From the human T2T-CHM13v2.0 reference genome, Homo sapiens: a stretch of DNA of 64,000 nt. Positions 31,171-48,825 of the stretch are shown one piece after another. Position numbers and translations under genes: made by a program. Location of the stretch: the NCBI RefSeq assembly GCF_009914755.1, contig NC_060926.1; one strand, written 5' to 3'. The number at the start of each line of letters is the position of its first letter. Position 1 is the first letter of the stretch. The notes under the pieces were generated by a model. That model was not told the origin of the DNA, ran no database searches, and saw only the letters and a list, made by a program, of their open reading frames with translations.

Positions 31171-32999
31171 AATTATAATTCCATATACTAACAATTAATA
31201 AATAAAAGATACAATTTGAAAACCAGTTATATTTAAAAGAGCATCAAAAATTAAATATTAGGAATAAATATAACAATATTTGTGCAAAAGCTGCATACTC
31301 TACAAAGCAAAAGGAAATTGGAGAAGACTTAAAGTAAGATATATACTTTGTTCATGGACTGGTGACTTAATCTTAAGAACAATTCTACTGAAATAGATTT
31401 ATAGCTTCAGTGCAATCAATTATTGTTTCTTTTTTACTTTTTTACGTTTGCATCTCTATTTTTTATTTTAAAAACATTCATAACTAAATTCTAACACAAT
31501 TCATTAAAGAAATTGATAAACTGTTTTTAAAAATATATTTAAATTTTAAGAAGCAGGAATATATAAAATAATTTGAAACAAACTGAAAACCTGCCTGATT
31601 GAAAGCTTATTGTAACTCTACAGTATTAAAGGCAGTTTGGAATTGGTGTGTAGATACACATAGAAATTAGTAAAACATGATAAAGAGTCCAAAAAGAAAC
31701 CAATGCTCATGGTCAAATGATGTTTTTAAAAATTGCCAAGGCAATTAAATGGGGACAAAGTGAGTCTTTCGGTGCTAGAACAACTGCATATCTTCATAAA
31801 AAAAATTATTTCCAGCCCTTGCCTTACATCATACAAAAAATCAACTCTAAATGAGCTAAAGTTTCAACTTCTAGATGAAAAAAGGAGAAAGATATTTGTG
31901 ACAATTAGGCAAACAATTTTCAATCTGGACACAAGTACAAACTCTTAGTGGAAAAAAAATAAAATTGGACCCAAATTTCTCCTCATTACACATTTTGCTC
32001 TTCAAAAAATATAGTTTAAAAAGCATAAGACAAGCCACAGTCTGGCAAAAATATTTTTGCAAGACATACAGGAAAGAGCTTTTCCTCACAGAAAATACAT
32101 AGAATTCTTTAAATAATAAGAAAACAAACCACAGAAAAAAGGGCAAATGATTTGAATACACATTTATCAAATGAAGTGTCTGTGTCAATAAGCACAAGGA
32201 AAGGTGTTAAACATTGCAAGTTATCAGAAAAAGGCAAAGTGAAATCAAAATGCGATATCACTGCATACCCACTAGAATGGTTGATTTTAGAAATTCTGAC
32301 CATACCAAGTGCTGGTGAGAATGTGAAGCAATTGTAAATCTCACTATTGCTGATAGAAATGCAAAATGGTACATATTACCATATGAGTCATCAATTCCAT
32401 TCATAGGTATTTACCCAACAATTCCACCAAAAAAATCTATGCACATTTTCTTAGCAATATTATTCATAAGAGTCTGAAGTAAAAGCAACTCAAATGGCCA
32501 TCAACTGATGAATGGATAAACAAATTGAGGTAAATCCATACTATAGGATGCTATTTCACAATGAAAGGAAAAAATATTAATATGTACAACAACATGGATG
32601 AACTCAAAAATTATCTTAAGTAGAAGACAAACACAATCAATCAATCAATAAGACAACATATTGTATGGTTACATATGTATGATATGCTAGGAAAGGCAAA
32701 TACAGTGTGATAGAAAGAACATCAGGTTTTGTCCGATGCTGAGATTGGTGGTACAAAGGTTCTAGCTATAAAGATGCATGCAGAGTAAGCCATCCTGTAT
32801 CTTTTTGTGATGATGATTAAACAATTATATATAGTTACCAAATTTTATCAAACTGTACACCTAAAATGGGTGAATTTCACTGTTTATAAATGCTACCATA
32901 AATACAACAAAATGCCACAATGCAGAATGACTACTCATATAGAAAGAGCTGTACTAGTGTGTGGAAACAAGACTGTTTGGATCTGGGAGATTATCTGTC

Positions 33000-33375
33000 T
33001 GTATTAGTTAGCTAGGGCTGACATAACAAAATACCATAGACTGGGTGACTTAACAGACATGTATTTTCTCACAGTTCTGGAGGATAGACGTCTAAGATCA
33101 AAGTCTCCACAGATTGGGTTTCTCCTGAGGCCTATCTCCTTGGTTTGCACATGTTGGCCTTCAGGCTGCAACCTCACATGACCTTTTATCTGTGCATGCA
33201 CATCCTGGTGTCTCTTCCTCTTATAAGGACACCAGATGTATTGGATTAAGGCCCCACCCTTATGACCTCATTTAACTTTAATTACCTCTTTCAGGGCCCT
33301 ATCTCCAAATAGAGCCACATGGGGAATTAGAGCTTCAACATGTGGACTGAGAGAACACACAATTCATCCATAACA
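33000..33375 (-). mobile_element. MLT1A-like solo LTR
   Basis: tgtattagttagctagggctg...cacaattcatccataaca; flanks ctgtc/ctgcc. Confidence 0.88.
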
Positions 33376-34711
33376 CTGCCAGTGAATCTTTAAGAATACA
33401 TTTGAAAAAAAGTAAGTCTGTATTTTCTAGTGCTTGCATAACTGGTGCATTGTAAAAGCATTCTAAATGCTAATCTGGTAATTAAGTTCCAACTAACATA
33501 TGAATTCTATAACTAAAGAGGTCATGTGAGGAGTCACTACAAAACCAAATATTTATAAACAAGATAAAAGTTAAATCTTAGATTCTGTAATGAAGAGGAA
33601 CCCTAACAACCAAAATGTACTGGCATTGCCTCATCAGAAACCATTAAAAAAAACAAAGATAAGCAAGTCAAGGTTCATGATATTTTGAATTCATAGCACG
33701 GTCTAGGATACTATATTTAGTATTGTCACTGTGAAATTTGACATAGGTTTTTATCAATTCTTGTAAATTTTTAATTTATCAACCATAAAATTAGTACTAA
33801 TGAAAGAAAATGTTTCTTTCATATTTTCATATTTTGTCTTATGATTCCTGACTTCATGAATTAGTATTTTTTCTAAAACATATACTGTAAGATAATGCTA
33901 AATCTAGAAGAAACTGTTTTCAAGACAGTACTCTTAAAATTACTTAGGATAACCAGTAATATCCATAGAAAACAATTGTAAAGTAAGAAAAAATTTTTCA
34001 GATAGCATACTTATTATGACATTATAGATGTTTCCATCATTTAAAAATGATAAATGAGCTGAATCTCAAAAGTGATAGTAAAGACAAATTGAATTCATGT
34101 TATGATAGAATAATGAATTAGATGACATGAATACACACTTTTTGTGTTGTATTACTATATTTCATTTGTGTAATTTTAGCACTAAAATTTGCTGCTCAAA
34201 ATATTCAGAGGAATATTTGAATAATAGCTATAATACTTTGCATATACCATTTAAAATAGCTTCTGATATAAATAAATGGATTGAATAATAATCAATTGGC
34301 AAGTTATTTCAACAAAAAGAAAAATCAGTTTTATATGTTTTATAGATTAAACACAGAGATGATTAAATATACTTTTCCACCCAATTACTTTGTGTTGGTA
34401 GAGACATATTTAACATATCTCTTAATTTTTGTATATTAATTCACATAATCCAAAATGTGAATGTTAATTTATTCATATAATACCTCTCATTTACAGCATC
34501 CCTTCTTTATTGGGTGGATTGGTTTATACAAATTTTATTAAACTTTAAGAAGATTTTGAATTTGACTACTTTTGGTTTCTAATGAACTACACTGATGCTT
34601 TCTTGCACCTATATTCTTCTTCTAACTGAGGCTGGAAAGAAAAGAAAGGAAGAAAGGAAAATATTAATACTACTACTAACAATAGGGCCTGCTTGACTTG
34701 CTAACCTACAT

Positions 34712-35076
34712 CTGTGCTATCCAATATGGCAGCTACTGGCTACATATGGTGACTGAGCACTTAAAATGTGGCTTGTCCAAACTGAGAAGTTCTGTAAGTG
34801 TAAAATACACACCCAAATTTGAAAACTTAGTATAAAAAGAAAGAATACAAAGTAGCCTGTTAATAAATTTTTCATATTGATTGCATGTTGTAATGAATAT
34901 TTTAGATATACTTGAATACACCTGAATAGAAGGGATTTTTTTGATATATTGGGTTAAGTAAAATATATTATTACATCAATTTCATGTTTTTCTTTTTAGT
35001 TTTCTTTTTAATTTGCCTACTAAAAAATATAAATTTAAGTATGCATCAAGTATTACATTTTTATTGGAAAGCACTG
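34712..35076. mobile_element. MER33/MER3 hAT-Charlie non-autonomous DNA transposon
   Basis: TIRs ctgtgctatccaata / tattggaaagcactg; right flank atctagaa fits the Charlie target consensus. Confidence 0.85.
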
Positions 35077-35604
35077 ATCTAGAAAATACTTATGTCTACT
35101 TCATTTTATTCATTCAGATAATCAACTTCTAAATTATGTTTTTATAAGATGTTAAAGAAAGCCAATGAATTACCTGATAGATGAATTTGAGAGAGGAACT
35201 GGGCAAGACCCTTATTCCTTATGGCACAAAATACCTACCTGAAAGTGGCATGCATTCTCCCCTCTTCTTCCAGGCTATATGTCTTATCTTAGCAAACTTA
35301 CAGATTTGTCTATCTTGGTCCAGTGCTGCAATGGCAGAGTAGACAAATACACTGAATTCTGGGGTTCAGTATGAGGTTCATTTAGCTTTCTCTAATTTAG
35401 ACTTTATGTATCATAAATCTGTTACTTGTTTGTCAAAACTCCTGAAAAAGAAGGAAAATCTATATAATGTAAATACTTTTAGTATTTATAGAAATGAGCC
35501 ATAATTGTGTATTTCTGAGTTTTGCACATATTTGCTCAAAATGTATTTCTGCTACATACAAAAATTCTTATTTATTCTGCATTAATTTTATTTTGAACTT
35601 TTGA

Positions 35605-35657
35605 TATATATATGTGTGTGTGTATATATATATATTAATGTGTATATATATATATGA

Positions 35658-35692
<35 letters not shown>
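35605..35692. repeat. (TA)n/(TG)n microsatellite
   Basis: Read directly. Confidence 0.9.
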
Positions 35693-38302
<2,610 letters not shown>

Positions 38303-38390
38303 TAATTTTCAATCACTTATTAGTTGAATAGCTTTAGCATTCAGGGAATACATTGAATTTTTAATTATCTTCATTCCCATATATTGTGAT

Positions 38391-38853
38391 TGTGGTGGTT
38401 AATACTGTGGGTCAACTTTATTTGATTGAAGGATGCAAAGTATTGATCTTGAGCCTGTCTGTGAGGGTGTTGCCAAAGGAGATTAACATTTGAGTCAGTG
38501 GGTTGGGAAAGGCATACCCACCCTTAATCTGGGTGGACACAATCTAATCAGCCACCAGCTCAGCTAGGATAAAAGCAGGCAGAAGAATGTGAAAAGACTA
38601 GACTGGCCTAGCTTCCCAGCCTACATCTTTCTTCCGTGCTGGATGCTTCCTGCCCTTGAACAACGGACTCCAAGTTCCTCAGCTTTGGGACTTGGACTGG
38701 CTTCTTTGCTCCTCAGCTTGCAGATGGCCTATTGTGGGATCTTGTGATCATGTGAGTTTAATTCTCCTTAATAAACTCCTTAATAAAAAAAAAAAATATA
38801 TATATATATATATCCCATTACTTCTGTCCCTCTAGAGAACCCTGACTAATACA
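38391..38853 (+). mobile_element. MLT2A1/2 (HERV-L) solo LTR
   Basis: tgtggtggttaatactg...gagaaccctgactaataca; perfect TSD GTGAT. Confidence 0.93.
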
Positions 38854-40329
38854 GTGATATTCAGTTAGGATTTTCAGAAAGTGCAGTGTTTTTTATGATG
38901 TATGATAAACCAGGATGAAAGCAATGACTTAGCTGTTGAAAAATAAGACTAACACAATCCTATTTTTTGTTTAATAAATTACATGTATTTTTTCCACTGG
39001 TATTATTCTACCTATTTTTCACACCCTATTTGATACAGATAGAAAGTGTATTATTCATTGAGCCTCAGTGTCTGTCATCTCTAATTATATAAAATCAGGT
39101 GGTATGTTTGCAGCCAACTCTACAAGCATTTTATTAATCCCCACATTCTTATAATTTCAACTCAAATTATAGATGAGTTCCCCTAAAAATGAATGTCTGG
39201 AGTTTAAATAGTGAAATAAAAACATGTGAGCAGTCAACAATCAAGCAATGGGCTTTTTCAGTGTATTAAATAAATATCTAACTCTCCTTAACCTGAAGGG
39301 GATTTTTTTGACCTACTGTCATTTTTTATAATGTTTTATACTTCTGTTATATTATAGTAGTACTGTTTATGTTCCTGTAGTTAAATCAGGGTCAGAGTTT
39401 CTATTAAAGTGATCTCATTTGATGGAGGTAGGCAAACGACAGTCTTCTAATATACCTATGATATCCGTTGGCTTAAAAAAATATAAGGTTAATATTTAAA
39501 AATGCTAGAATTTGATAAATTGGTTGATTATTCTCTTGATGCTTGAAATATTTCATTTAGCAACTATATTTAGAGATTTGTAATATAGCCATGAAATTTG
39601 TTCTGAATTACATCTTAAACACCATCTACTACATATAAATATATGTATCTTTTTCTTTTTTTCTGAGAAATGTCCTTAAATGTTTTATGCTATTAACTCA
39701 GCTCAATTAATTACTTTAATAACCTCCAAACCACTAGAATATTAAAAATACACATTTCTGAAAGAATGCAATACATTTTACATTGTAGGTAACTAAAACG
39801 GAATAAACATGGACTAATGAGATATATTTAAGCAACCATAAAGAGTCAGATATCTCAAAGCTTATGCTGTAACATCATTGGTCTTCCTATGCCCACAGTG
39901 TCTCCTTCCTTACAGAAATACTGAGAACAAGTGATTGTACTGAACTGTGTAGACATAGATCAGACTGCGGTGATCCATCCTACAAAACTTAAATTAAATT
40001 AAGAAAATAATTATTTACTGCCCTAAGTATATAGCACTGTATTGGGGATGAATGGGAATGCCAACATGAAAACAATACAAACTCTAACAACAAAAAGTCC
40101 ACCATCTAATGTGTCGTGAAGGGGCTGCATGGAATGATAGTGATGACATAAATGCAGAAATAAAAAATAAAGACTAATTGTACTTAAAAAATGAGGAACA
40201 TGGGATGCTGTAGATTTTCTGCAGAGATAGTTCATAAGTGTTTAGGAGAATTTACATAAATTCAAATATTTTATGTATCTGTTTCCCTGTTCCTTAGAAC
40301 CTTGATTAGATTTAGCTCAAATATCTTAC

Positions 40330-41160
40330 AAAATCTACCTTGTCTCTTAATTTATTTGTCAAATATTCTATTACTTATTTTAAGAGCCACAGATATCTAT
40401 GTCTGTGTATCCACATCTAAATCTAAGTGTAGAATTGCTATATTTTGGATAATTTATTTATATATTCATTCCAGTTCATTAATTTTCTCTTCAACAGTGT
40501 CTAATCTACTATAAATCTATTCATTGAGTTTTTAAATTGCAAATATTATAGTTGTCATCTACAGAAGTTCTATTTGTCACTTGGTAATGAATTTTTCCCA
40601 TTTTCCCATTTTAAATATCTAACATAATTTCTTTAAAATGTCAAATACTAGATAATTTGCAAACTGTGTCTAATAGTTAAATATCTGAAACTTCACAAAT
40701 CAATGTTAGCTCTATGTGATATTTCTTCTGCTCTCTCTATGATGCCTTTTTCCTTAACTGTTTTGTGGGTTCTTAACTGTAACCTGCTCATTTTTCTTGA
40801 CACATTATCTATAAGAATTCTTAGAAGACTGGAATAAAGGGGAATCTTCCAGAGTGATATATATTTGCCTCTTCCAGTAACCTGGGTTGTATTCACAGAC
40901 TGAGACTCCTTTAAGCTTATTCTTAAATTACCCAAGTAGTAAGAATGTGGCTGAGTTTCTGCATGAATCTTAGCTTGTAATTACAAATTATCAGGGCATT
41001 TTCTTTTCTTAGTTTCAACCCCAAAGTAAAATATATAAGAAAAAATCATGTAACACATATCAGAACTCCTAATTACATTTATTTTTCTTTTCTAATTTCT
41101 ATTCTGATATTATTTATATGTCTTAGATCTGAAACTTTCTGTATATTGGCATGTTACTAA
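40330..41160 (-). mobile_element. Ancient L1M fragment
   Basis: ttcattaattttctcttcaacagtgtctaatctact...ttcattgagtttt resembles antisense old-L1 ORF1-region sequence. Confidence 0.55.
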
Positions 41161-41194
41161 GAAAATCAAAGTTTATTACATATAAGAATTAAAT

Positions 41195-42205
41195 GGGGGG
41201 GTGGGGTGGAGCCAAGATGGCCAAATAAGAACAGCTCCAGTCTACAGCTCCCAGCATGAGCGAGGCAGAAGATGGGTGATTTCTGCATTTCCAACTGAGG
41301 TACTGGGCTCATCTTACTGGGGAGTGTCAGGAACGGGGTGCAGGACTGAGCCAAAGCAGGGCAAGGCATCACCTCACCTGGGAAGCACAAGGGGTCAGGG
41401 AATTGCCTTTCCTAGTCAAAGAAAGGGGTGACAGATGGCACCTGGAAAATCGGGTCACTCCCACCCATTACTGCGCTTTTCCAACGGTCTTAGCAAACGG
41501 CACACCAGGAGATTATATCCCGTGCATGGCTCAGAGGGTCCTATGCCCACGGAGCCTCGCTCATCGCTAGCACAGCAGTCTGAGATCAAACTGCAAGGTG
41601 GCAGCAAGGCTGTGGGAGGGGCGCCTGCCATTGCTGAGGCTTGAGTAAGTAAACAAAGCTGCTGGGAAGCTCTAACTGGGTGGAGCCCACTGCAGCTCAA
41701 GGAGGCCTGCCAGCCTCTGTAGACTCCACCTCTGGGGGTAGGGAATAGCCAAACAAAAGGCAGCAGAATCCTCTGCAGACTTAAATGTCCCTGTCTGACA
41801 GCTTTGAAGAGAGTAGTGGTTCTCCCAGCACACAGCTGGAGATCTGAGAATGGACAGACTGCCTCTTGAAGTGGGTCCCTGACCCCCAAGTAGCCTAACT
41901 GGGAGGCAGCCCCAGTAGGGGCAGACTGACACCTCACATGGCCGGGTAATCCTCTGAGACAAAAATTCCAGAGGAACGATCAGGCAGCAACATTTGCTGC
42001 TCTCCAATATCCGCTGTTCTGCAGCCTCTGCTGCTGATACCCAGGCAAACAGGGTCTGGAGTGGACCTCCAGCAAACTCCAACAGACCTGCAGCTAAGGG
42101 TCCTGACTATTAGAAGGAAAACTAACAAATAGAAAGGACATCCACACCAAAACCCCATCTGTACATCACCATCTTCAAAGACCAAAGGTAGATAAAACCA
42201 CAAAG
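41195..42205 (+). promoter_or_regulatory. L1 5'UTR (sense and antisense promoter) with YY1 motif and the 129-bp ZNF93-bound segment
   Basis: caagatggcc YY1 motif near the 5' end; segment ~41949-42077 that L1HS lacks; many CpGs decayed. Confidence 0.8.
41455..41631 (-). CDS. ORF0: L1 ORF0 (antisense), 58 aa, C-terminally shortened
   Basis: MAGAPPTALLPPCSLISDCCASDERGSVGIGPSEP matches the primate ORF0 N-terminus. Confidence 0.7.
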   Translation of the reverse strand: MAGAPPTALLPPCSLISDCCASDERGSVGIGPSEPCTGYNLLVCRLLRPLEKRSNGWE

Positions 42206-43225
42206 ATGGGGGAAAAACAGAACAGAAAAACTGGAAACTCTAAAAATCAGAGTGCCTCTCCTCCTCCAAAGGAACGCAGCTCCTCACCAGCAATGGAACA
42301 AAGCTGGATGGAGAATGACTTTGACGAGTTGAGAGAAGAAGGCTTCAGACGATCAAACTACTCTGAGCTAAAGGAGGAAGTTCATACCCATGGCAAAGAA
42401 GTTAAAAACCTTGAAAAGAAATTAGAGGAATAGCTAACTAGAAGAACCAATGCAGAGAAGTCCTTAAAGGACCTGATGGAGCTGAAAACCAAGGCACGAG
42501 AACTACGAGATGAATGCACAAGCCTCAGTAGACGATTCGATCAACTGGAAGAAAGGGTATCAGTGATGGAAGCTCAAATGAATGAAATGAAGTGAGAAGA
42601 GAAGTTTAGAGGATAAAGAATAAAAATAAACGAACAAAGCCTCCAAGAAATATGGGGCTATCCAAGAAAAGACCAAATCTACGTCGATTGGTGTACCTGA
42701 AAGTGATGGGGAGAATGGAACCAAGTTGGAAAACACTCTGCAGGATATTATCCAGGAGAACTTCCCCACCAATCTAGCAAGGCAGGCCAACATTCAAATT
42801 CAGGAAATACAGAGACCGCCACAAAGATACTCCTTGAGGAGAGCAACTCCAAGACACATAATTGTCAGATTCACCAAAGTTGAAATGAAGGAAAAAATAT
42901 AAAGGGCAGCCAGGGAGAAAGGTCAGGTTACCCACAAAGGGAAGCCCATCAGACTAACAGCTGATCTCTCGGCAGAAACTCTACAAGCCAGAAGAGAGTA
43001 GGGGCCAATATTCAACATTCTTAAAGAAAATAATTTTCAACCCAGAATTTCATATCCAGCCAAACTAAGCTTCATAAGTGAAGGAGAAATAAAATACTTT
43101 ACTGACAAGCAAATGCTGAGAGATTTTGTCACCACCAGGCCTGCCCTAAAAGAGCTCCTGAAGGAAGCACTAAACATGGAAAGGAACAACCAGTACCAGC
43201 CACTGCAAAACAAGCCAAATTGTAA
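42206..43225 (+). pseudogene. ORF1: L1 ORF1p, disrupted
   Basis: MGEKQNRKTGNSKNQSASPPPKERSSSPA; premature TAG at 42431-42433 and further stops/indels. Confidence 0.93.
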
Positions 43226-43288
43226 AGACCGTCAAGGCTAGGAAGAAACTGCATCAACTAACGAGCAAAATAGCCAGCTAACATCATA

Positions 43289-44020
43289 ATGACAGGATCA
43301 AATTCACACATAACAATATTAACCTTAAATGTAAATGGGCTAAATGCTCCAATTAAAAGACACAGACTGGCAAATTGGATAAAGAGTCAAGCCCCATCAG
43401 TGTGCTGTATTCAGGAAACCCATCTAACATGCAGAGACACACATAGGCTCAAAATAAAGGGATGGAGGAAGATCTACCAAGCAAATGGAAAACAAAAAAA
43501 GGCAGGGGTTGCAATCCTAGTCTCTGATAAAACAGACTGTAAACCAACAAAGATCAAAAGAGACAAAGAAGGCCATTACATAATGGTAAAGGGATCCATT
43601 CAACAAGAAGAGCTAAGTATCCTAAATATATATGCACCCAACACAGGAGCACCCAGATTCATAAAGCAAGTCCTTAGAGACCTACAAAGAGACTTAGACT
43701 CCCACACAATAATAATGGGAGACTTTAACACCCCACTGTCAACATTAGACAGATCAATGAGACAGAAAGTTAACAAGGATATCCAGGAATTGAACTCAGC
43801 TCTGCACCAAGTGGACCTAATAGACATCTACAGAACTCTCCACCCCAAATCAACAGAATATACATTCTTCTCAGCAGCACACCGCACTTATTCCAAAATT
43901 GACCACATAGTTGGAAGTAAAGCACTCCTCAGTAAATGTAAAAGAACAGAAATCACAACAAACTGTCTCTCAGACCACAGTGCAATCAAACTAGGACTCA
44001 GGATTAAGAGTTCCATGTAG
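43289..44020 (+). CDS. ORF2: L1 ORF2 N-terminal APE-like endonuclease domain as a stand-alone 243-aa ORF
   Basis: N14, E43, IYAPN, GDFN, SKIDH and SDH motifs retained; stop created by the insertion at 44010-44024. Confidence 0.85.
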   Translation: MTGSNSHITILTLNVNGLNAPIKRHRLANWIKSQAPSVCCIQETHLTCRDTHRLKIKGWRKIYQANGKQKKAGVAILVSDKTDCKPTKIKRDKEGHYIMVKGSIQQEELSILNIYAPNTGAPRFIKQVLRDLQRDLDSHTIIMGDFNTPLSTLDRSMRQKVNKDIQELNSALHQVDLIDIYRTLHPKSTEYTFFSAAHRTYSKIDHIVGSKALLSKCKRTEITTNCLSDHSAIKLGLRIKSSM

Positions 44021-44079
44021 TTGATCAAAACCGCTCAACTACATGGAAACTGAAGAACCTGCTCCTGAATGACTACTGA

Positions 44080-47124
<3,045 letters not shown>

Positions 47125-47414
47125 ACAATGAGAACACGTGGACACAAGAAGGGGAACATCACACTCCAGGGCCTGTTGTGGGGTAGGGGGAGAGGGGAGG
47201 GATAGCATTAGCAGATATACCTAATGTTAAATGATGAGTTAATGGGTGCAGCACACCAACATGGCACATGTATACATATGTAACTAACCTGCACGTTGTG
47301 CACATGTACCCTAAAACTTAAAGTATGATAATAATAAAAAAAGAATTAAATAGAGAAGTGCAGGTGGTGAATTTATGTATTTTGATTGTGATATTTATTG
47401 ACATATCCTCTCAA

Positions 47415-47845
47415 AAATATTTATTATAAGGAATGAGCTTATAAGATTATGGAGGCTGAGACTCCCAAAATCTATTGGAGACGCGGGAGAGATGATTGTA
47501 TAATTCCAGTCTAAAATCCAAAAGTTGGCAGAGGCTGGAGACTAGGACAGCCAACATTTTGGTTTGAGTCTAAAGATGAGTAAAGACTGATGTCCCAGCT
47601 CATGCAGTCAGGCAGGAAAAGTTTCTTCTTATTTGTGGGAGGGGGCAGGCTTTTTGTTGTATTCAAGCCTTCAACTGATTGGAGGAGGGCCACCCACATT
47701 GGGGAGAGCAATCCGTTTTACTCAGTGTACTGACTGATTCAAATGTTGATTTCATCCAAAAATCGTCACACATACAGAATAATGTTTGACCAAATATCTG
47801 AGCAGCCCATGGTTCAGTCAAATTGACACATAAAATTAACCATCA
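47415..47845 (-). mobile_element. MLT2C/D-like ERVL LTR
   Basis: gcccacccacattggggagagcaat...gtcaaattgacacataaaattaaccatca. Confidence 0.78.
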
Positions 47846-47937
47846 TGCATCCTTTGTGACTTACAGCTCATAATTTGTGAGTGAGAGCTCACAATTTGTA
47901 TATATATTCACATACATGCATATATATCTATATATTT

Positions 47938-48044
47938 AAATATTTATATATTTATATATAAATATATAAATATTTATATATTTATATATAAATATATAAA
48001 TATTTATATATTTATATATAAATATATAAATATTTATATATTTA
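47938..48044. repeat. Pure-AT 30-bp minisatellite x~3.5
   Basis: tatttatatatttatatataaatatataaa repeated exactly. Confidence 0.92.
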
Positions 48045-48404
48045 CACATGTATATATAGTTACATTACGTAGACACATTAAGCTTTCCCTCTATAGTAAA
48101 TTCTGACCATTCAAGGCATATGACCATATCTTTATTCTGAAAAAACTGAATCACAAGAGCCAGCCAATTACTAGATGTGTTGAATGATTTCTTAATATAG
48201 TTTTGAAAAAAAAATACAGTTCAGTGATATAGTCCATGGCCTCAAGATATTTGTATGTTGCAGAAAGTAAGCTTTACGCTAGCATCCCAGTTGGACAATC
48301 ATATTAAATCATAGAACAGCAATTTTATTATCAAGCAGTTATGTTTGTCTCATAGAAATTTGGCCATATTCTGCATTTTTCTCTTTAAAAATTACTCACT
48401 ATGT

Positions 48405-48825
48405 GATATGAGTGATAGACAAGGAGTTTTGTTACCCAGATCCTCTTCAGAAATGGACTGTTGCCTCTACTGCTGCTGCTGACCACATGCCTGGTCTAGC
48501 TGTCAGCTCCTTTAGGTGCCTCCTCAGTGAGCGATCTGGCTAAGGTCACGTCCTTTCCATAGTAGCCCACATCCAGTGACTGACCTCTGGCGGGTACTAA
48601 AGTGCAGTCATTCTGACTCCTGGGGAACAAGCCTGTTAAGCCATACGCACTCCAAAACTCCCTGCACACTCGGCCAAGGCTTTGTTGGGCTTGCCTCAAT
48701 GTTTGACTTCTCTCTTTGCCTACTCTTACTGCTGACCCCTCCCTTCCCCAGGTGTTGGTCCCTGATCAATATCCTTCATATCAAACTGTGCTCAATCTCT
48801 GCCTTTAAAGATTACAATCTATAAC
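48405..48825 (+). mobile_element. LTR16-like ERVL solo LTR
   Basis: cccagatcctcttcag...ctccaaaactccctgc...caggtgttggtccctgatcaatatcctt...ctcaatctctgcc. Confidence 0.6.

Larger units (their letters stand above)
24181..32905 (+). mobile_element. Ancient L1M (MC/MD/ME-like) ORF2 plus 3'UTR, interrupted by an Alu, an L1PA15/16 and a MADE1
   Basis: Decayed ORF2 peptides (NKILANQIQQYI at ~25170; resumes ~30690) and an L1M-type 3' end aaactgtacacctaaaatgggtgaattt. Confidence 0.75.
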
